The notes under the pieces were generated by a model, which worked only from the letters and a program-made list of their open reading frames with translations, had not been told where the DNA came from and ran no database searches. The translations under genes were made by a program, and so were the position numbers. From the human T2T-CHM13v2.0 reference genome, Homo sapiens, in assembly GCF_009914755.1 (NCBI RefSeq), contig NC_060926.1: a stretch of DNA of 64,000 bases; one strand, written 5' to 3'. Positions 52,652-64,000 of this stretch are shown in pieces; within the stretch, counting starts at the first letter, position 1, and each line of letters opens with the position of its first letter.

Positions 52652-53335
52652 GTGGCTTGAGCCAGGAGTTTGAGATTGCAGTGAGCTATGATTGCACCAC
52701 TGCACTCCACCCTGGGCGACAGAGCAAGACGTTGTCTCAGGGGGAAAAAAAAAAAAGGCTGGGCGCAGTGGCTCATGCTGGTAATCCCAGCATTTTTGGA
52801 GGCCAAGGTGGTTAGATGACCTGAGGTCAGGAGTTTTGAGACCAGCCTGGCCAACATGGCAAAACCCCGTCTGTACTAAAAAATACAAAAAAATGGCCGG
52901 GTGTGGTGGCTCACACCTGTAATCCCAGCACTTTGGAAGGCCAAGGCTGGCGGATCACAAGGTCAGGAGATCGAGACCATCCTGGCTAACACGATGAAAC
53001 CCCATCTCTACTAAAAATACAAAAAAATTAGCCGGGCATGGTGGCAGGCACCTGTAGTCCCAGCTACAGCAGGAAAATGGCGTGAACCCAGGAGGGCAGA
53101 GCTTGCAGTAAGCCGAGGTCATGACACTGCACTCCAGCCTGGGCGACAGAGCAAGACTCCGTCTCAAAAAAAAAAAAAAAAAAAATATCAGGCATGGTGA
53201 TGTGTGCCTGTAATCCCAGCTACTCGGGAGGCTGAGGCAAGAGAATCACTTGAACTTGGGAGGTGGAGGTTGCAGCGAGCCGAGATCGCACTCCAGCCTA
53301 GGTGACAGAGCAGGACTCCTGACTCAAAAAAAAGA
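52652..53335 (+). mobile_element. Nested Alu cluster: AluY-like (52895-53185) inside the linker of an older Alu, preceded by a right-arm fragment
   Basis: Left arm, then a full Alu, then the resumed right arm. Confidence 0.88.
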
Positions 53336-54485
53336 AAAACATATAGAGTAAAGAGATCTCAGTCTAGGAACAGACTTAAGAGGTGGCAAAAGAGAGCAGC
53401 ATAGAATCAACTATACTAAAACTGAAATTATTGTTTAGCAGGTGTTTTCTATCACTTCATTGACCCACTAAAGTGCTGTCTCTAACAGATCTGCTAATAC
53501 GCTGCTTGATGATGGCTGGTTCATCCTAATGCGCTGGTCAGAATATGCCCCATCTCAAGATCAGTCATTCTCCAGGAGCATCAGAGACATCTTTGTGGTG
53601 AATTGTGTTTATGATACCTACCCTCCAATTTCTCAAGCCGAAGGCATCTTTTCCATTAAATATATAATGTAGACTCTTTTTTAGGTTTCATGCAAATACT
53701 TGTTTAAGTACTTAAAAAGTTCAGAGCTCCTTTTTAAGGAATATATTAGCCCTTCTTGCAGGTACTTCTGCATCCTACCTATTTATTAAATGGGAAATAA
53801 TCCTCTTTGGGCAAGATTTCCAGCCCAGCTTCTAAGTTTCCTAGTAAAACATGAAGTATGTTTTATATGTGATACTGGAAGGCTGGATTTCTCTATAATT
53901 AACTGCATGCTGTAAATTTATTGTAGAATACAATTATGATATTCTGCAATCCAGCACCTGCCAGTGGCCTAACTGCTTGCTTTCCTTATCATCCTGGCAG
54001 TTATATAATCCCTGGGCTCACCATTTTATCTTAGCTGCCAAGAAACACAAAGCTACATTCAATGCTCTATGAAAGCAACAATCTTAGGGCAGGCGTCCCC
54101 ACTCCCTTTTTTTAATACTTCATTTTTTAGTCAAATTCAGTTTTTTTTTAATGGCTCACATTAGGGAATAGATGAGCTATAAATTAATGCTTTTATAAAT
54201 ATGAGCATTTAACCAGAAAGCCCAGATAAATCAGCTATTAGCATTTAAAGGAAAACCCAAAAAATGACACATTAAAGATTTTGACATTTATTTTCATTAA
54301 TTGAGCATATAGTCAAATTCTGATTAATTGAAAGTTTATATTATACTAGGTATATATACCCTCACCACAAAAAATATATATAAAATGGAAATTACTATGA
54401 CTTTGAGAAAGCTTATGAGGCAGAAAGTTGGTGTTTTCTTCCAGAGACTACAAGCCTAGTTGAGCATCTGACCTGCAAATGAATT

Positions 54486-55286
<801 letters not shown>

Positions 55287-56015
55287 TAATGTAGCTGAAA
55301 TCTTACTGTATATATTTCACTTATTGGTCATAGTAAAAATTTTTTCATCCTATTAAAAATTCATTAATATAATTTAATGATCATATTCTTACATTTTATG
55401 AATATACAATAATATATTTACCCTATTGCAGAACATTTAGGTCGTATCTTTTTACTTTATTGAACCATCTTGTAAGCAATTTTAATTACTCCCTTGGCAT
55501 GAGTCCTTAGAAGGGAATTAGTAGGTTAAAGGATGTGACTGTTATTAAGGTCCATGGTACATTTTGCCAAAATCTTTGATTCACAGTCCCAATATGTACT
55601 GACTCTGCTTTACTGTTTTCACATTTCATAAATGGCAACATGTATTAATTTGGCTCTGTGATTATTAATGAAGTTGTACATTTTTATGTTTGGCTGTTTA
55701 CACTTTGAATTATTTGGCCAAATCTTTCATCATAGTTTGGTAAGGCAAGTGCTAATTGCATGTTTAAGTGCTAATTGCATGTTTGTTGATGAAAGAGCTG
55801 AAGTTCAAATAACATGTTCAGACTCATATAACGAATAACAAGTAGAGTTGGAACACAGCCCTGTGCTCCCTTCTGACACCCAAATACATGGTGCTTTGCC
55901 CTAGGTCAGGTATTAAATGTCAAAGGCATTAAAATAGCAATGTACTGTCACTTGAATTTGCAAGATCTAGTGAATATATCTTAATATCAAGCATTGATAT
56001 TGCTTGATATTAAGC

Positions 56016-56729
<714 letters not shown>

Positions 56730-56877
56730 TCACAGCAGTTTGTCTGGCTCTACCTTACGTAGAGAAGAGGCAGCTCCTAAACAGGAAAAAAATATTGGTA
56801 ATAATTTTTATTGCAGTGGCCTTAATACAGTTGAAAGTGGATATTTTGATTTTTTTTTTTAGTTTACATATCCATAG

Positions 56878-57577
56878 TTTTTTTTTTGTTTTTGTTTTTG
56901 TTTTTGTTTTTTTTGAACATTCTTGGGTGTTTCTCGCAGAGGGGGATTTGGCAGGGTCATAGGACAGTAGTGGAGGGAAGGTCAGCAGATAAACAAGTGA
57001 ACAAAGGTCTCTGGTTTTCCTAGGCAGAGGACCCTGCGGCCTTACGCAGTGTTTGTGTCCCTGGGTACTTGAGATTAGGGAGTGGTGATGACTCTTAACG
57101 AGCCTGCTGCCTTCAAGCATCTGTTTAGCAAAGCACATCTTGCACCGCCCTTAATCCATTTAACCCTGAGTGGACACAGCACATGTTTCAGAGAGCACAG
57201 GGTTGGGGGTAAGGTCATAGATCAACAGGATCCCAAGGCAGAAGAATTTTTCTTAGTATAGAACAAAATGAAAAGTCTCCCATGTCTACCTCTTTCTACA
57301 CAGACACAGCAACCATCCGATTTCTCAATCTATTCCCCACCTTTCCCCCTTTTCTATTCCACAAAACCGCCATTGTCATCATGGCCCGTTCTCAATGAGC
57401 TGTTGGGTACACCTCCCAGACGGGGTGGTGGCCGGGCAGAGGGGCTCCTCACTTCCCAGTAGGGGCGGCCGGGCAGAGGCGCCCCTCACCTCCCGGACGG
57501 GGCGGCTGGCCGGGCGGGGGGCTGACCCCCCCACCTCCCTCCTGGACGGGGCGGCTGGCCGGGCGGGGGGCTGGCCC
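56878..57577 (-). mobile_element. 5'-truncated SVA (tail, SINE-R, ~165 bp of VNTR)
   Basis: cattcttgggtgtttctcgcagagggggatttggcagggtc... is the SVA SINE-R end; GC-rich VNTR units ~57411-57575; TSD at(c/t)catagtttt at 56870 and 57578. Confidence 0.95.
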
Positions 57578-59192
57578 ATTCATAGTTTTATGTCAGGACT
57601 TTTCAGGAAGTTTGGGGATAAATGGGATTATTTGAGATTGATGTTTCATTTTTCTGTTAAAGGGTAGGATATCAACTTTGAATGACTAGGCCTGGTGCTT
57701 TACTTTAAAAGTCCTTCTTTCCCTCCTGTCTTCCAAAGGAGGAGAAACTTGTGAAATTACTACAGAACTGATTCATCTCTGGTATAATATATTTGTATTT
57801 TTAAAGAGAGAGTGTAAATACTGACTTCTATGCTTTCTTTTTTCTAAAGTGTTTAAGTGATTTAAGAGGGTGTCTCATTGCCTAGTCTATGTCCCTTGAA
57901 TTATCTATATGTCTCTCAGAAGATAAGTAGAGGCCTGGAACTCATTTACATAATTCTAAAACTTGATTCTTACTCATTTACCTAACGGGTAATCTAGTGC
58001 TAGAAACCCACTAGAGTGGTAAAATGAAATCGCAGTTTGTAATTTAGTAGAGTATGGGCTATATTGCTTACTTCAGTGACCGACCTGAGTATTCCCTTCC
58101 CTTTGCAGGATGGCTTGCTTTCACCCACATGTCTCAGACCTTAGCAAACAAGATCAGAGTGAGGGGCATGGCTCAGGAGAGCTGTTCACATGGGTTAGAA
58201 CAGAGCCTAAAAAACCTTCCACCTCTGGGGACCTTTCTGTTTTCCTCAATTTCGGCACATTTACAGACTTAAGCTGTATTATTTCCACAGGTAGCTAATA
58301 CTTATATTACACATTACAACCATAATTAACATAAATTTCAGAAAGTACTGTTTTCACTTATGATCCAAAATCACTTTCTATTAAATCCTCCCTTTATATC
58401 TCTTTTTCCCTTTTATTGAACCGCTCTGAGTTACTGCCCCTAAAAAGGCATAAAGCTTTACTAATTCTTATTAACTGTCAGCCTGAAAGACAGAATTAAC
58501 TTTTTATTATGGAAATCTGTAAACATATATAAATATAAACAGAAGTATACTGAACCCATATATGCCCATCACCAATTATGTAATTACTAATCTGTTTTCA
58601 TATAAATCTCTGCCTCTTCTCCCTCCAATATTAGTTTGAAATAAATCCCAGGCATCATAGTATTTCATATCCATGAGTATTTCAGCATATGTATCCCTGA
58701 AGGATTTTTTAAATCCCACATAATATCATTTTATATCTTAAAATATTGAGGTTAATTCATTAATTACATCAAATATCCAGTTAATATTTGTATTTCCTTC
58801 CGCCCCGCAAATATTGCTTATGTTTTTACACATTTGTCTTAGAGTTTCCCATATTCTGGATTTTACCGATTGCGTCATCATACTGTCATTTAACATGTCT
58901 TCCTGTATTCTCTGTAATTCAGTAGTTTTGTATAAAGTTTAATGCAATTATACGAGACACAGGTGCAAAAAGTTATTCCAACTAAATTAAGAAATACTGT
59001 TTTTGTAAGACAGCTTTTTAAAATGACAAAGACAATAGAGTTTTAGATATAAATTATGGCTCTCAGTTACTCATGAATTCTCAGAATAGTATCATTCTGT
59101 GGTTTTTAACTATTATAAAAAAATTCTAGAAAAAACTTCAGAGATAATGTTATGACAAACCCCATATTAATTTGAGTCTGAAAGACTGCTCA

Positions 59193-60079
<887 letters not shown>

Positions 60080-60568
60080 TGATTGGTTCATATGAGAAAT
60101 AGTTCGATTAATTTCCTTAGGCATTTCTACAAAAAGCTTCTCAATTTGTGATGTGCTGAAATACACCCACAATATTGAGGGTGCTGTACTGAATCATAGT
60201 TAACATGTGCAGTCCACTTCTTCCTTTCCTTCTACTGCTGCTATCACAGTACTATCCTGATTCTCCTTTCTCAGAAGTATTGATACTCTCTAGGGTTATT
60301 TCCTATGCCTTCTGTCATTACTCTTCCAGCTGTTCCTGTTTACTCCAAATTACCTTTATGATAAGTGAGATGTTTAGGCCTACAGAGTCCATCTTAATGC
60401 CTGTTTAAACACACAATACTTGTAGTGTGATGCACTAGGGCTTCAACCTGGTTTTCTTAGTTAATAGTAAAATTTTATTCAGAAATGTAAAATTACTACT
60501 GTTATCCTAGTGTTCAGAAACACCAACTAGTTGCTAAAATATTCTGACTATAGCATCCTAAATTCTGA

Positions 60569-60775
<207 letters not shown>

Positions 60776-60859
60776 TGAAACGTTACATTTTTGTTACCTA
60801 AGATTGACTTATAAGGCTTGAATTTGAAATCCCGTCAGCCAGATTAATAAAAGAATTTG

Positions 60860-61178
60860 GGCCAGGCGCGGTGGCTCTCCCCTGTAATCCCAGCACTTTT
60901 TGGGAGGCTGAGGCACGGGGATCACCCAGTTTCAGACCAGCCTGACCAACATGGTGAAATCCCATCTCTACTAAAAATACAAAATCAGCTGGGTGTAGTG
61001 GCACATGCAAAAATACAAAATCAGCCGGGTATGGTGGTAGCATGCATCCCAGCTACTCAGGAGGCTGAGGCAGGAGAATCGCCTGAACCCAGGTGAGTGG
61101 AGGTTGTAGTGAGCCAAGATCGTGCCATTGCACTCCAGCCTGGGCAACAAGAGTGTAACTCTGTCTCAAAAAAAAAAG
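60860..61178 (+). mobile_element. Rearranged Alu (internal deletion plus a ~36-nt duplication around the linker)
   Basis: aaaatacaaaatcagc(t/c)gggt occurs twice. Confidence 0.87.
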
Positions 61179-61902
61179 ACGGAGGAAAAAAAGAATCAGT
61201 GTTTAAATATTATTTGCTAACTTCTGCGTATTCAAAAAAGTGTTTTCTAACTTAAAAAGATAAACTAGATCTAAAATTTGGTGAAGAAAAATAAGCATTT
61301 ATCCTACCTTTCCCATATGACTATATATTAATGTAACCAAATAGTTGATAAGGGAATGTTCTCTGTAGAATAATCCAGTTAATAAATGCAGAAGCAATGG
61401 TAGAATTAGAAAATTGCCAGAAAATCATCAGCAGATCCTAAAAATATTAGATTAAAAAGTTTTGGTTGAGAAACTGCTCACTTAAAAAAAAAATTTTGAG
61501 AGGTATTTTAAATGGATGAATTAGAGAGACAGCCCTGAATCCACTGATCAGTTGTAACATCACTAAAAGTGGGCCAGCCAAACATTATTTACCTCTTCAT
61601 GTGGTATAGAAGGAAGTACACAGCATTACTTATGATATACTCTTACCGAAATTTGAATCTATTCAAGCCTCTAACCCTAGCTACTAGTTTATGGGAAATA
61701 TAAGAAGAAACAAAAACAAATTACCTGATACCTGATACCAGTGGGACATTTTACTTGACAAATTGGCCCTGTTACTTGAATAGATGGCATTTTGAAATAG
61801 GAGCTTGGTCTGTTATACATTAAAAGAGACTCAAGAGGTATAATATCAGATATAATGTATGGATCTTATTTGGATATTGAATGATCAAAAGACATTTTTT
61901 AA

Positions 61903-63722
<1,820 letters not shown>

Positions 63723-64000
63723 CAAAAGGAGGGGGAACAAAGGTTATTACAGATCAGCTCACAAACTACCAATGGCCATTAAACAGATGAAAATATAAAA
63801 CTACTTTTCATCTATATAATTGGGAAAATTCAGGAAGACCAATAATCTGCCGTAGTAATAGTTTGGCAAAGATCAAGTTATAAGCTCTGGGACTCTCTTT
63901 GTGGTAGTGTAAATTGGTACAGCTCTTTGGAATGCACTTTGGAGACATTTTTCAAAATGTAGAATTTGATCCACAGATATGCTTCTGGAACTTTACCCAG

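Noticed and set aside
56755-57667. ORFs over the GC-rich segment as a gene or CpG-island promoter
   Set aside because: Fully explained by SVA SINE-R and VNTR sequence

Overview
Human (or very close great-ape) genomic DNA from the middle of the R3HDM1 gene, read on the + strand. Seven coding exons (A-G, my labels) were reconstructed by splice sites and frame continuity. They encode the Pro/Gln-rich low-complexity region and join in one frame: 433-534, 2261-2563, 11801-11924, 25865-26019, 30701-30852, 59950-60053, 60576-60748. The intronic microRNA MIR128-1 lies at 15929-16010. Introns are dense in Alus (about 55 copies or fragments) and also hold old L1 remnants, Tigger/MER DNA-transposon fossils, a MaLR LTR, a 5'-truncated SVA, a U6 retrocopy and several STRs. 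Almost all ORF-track entries are repeat artefacts. The most interesting inference is a 307-nt exon D+E back-splice circle that would carry a more-than-one-turn 105-aa ORF, just downstream of the miR-128-1 intron. Other candidates: a 108-bp templated duplication bracketing exon E, a pre-miRNA-like hairpin built from a MIR, a poison exon, and an in-frame alternative acceptor. Repeat boundaries and subfamilies were judged by eye and are approximate.
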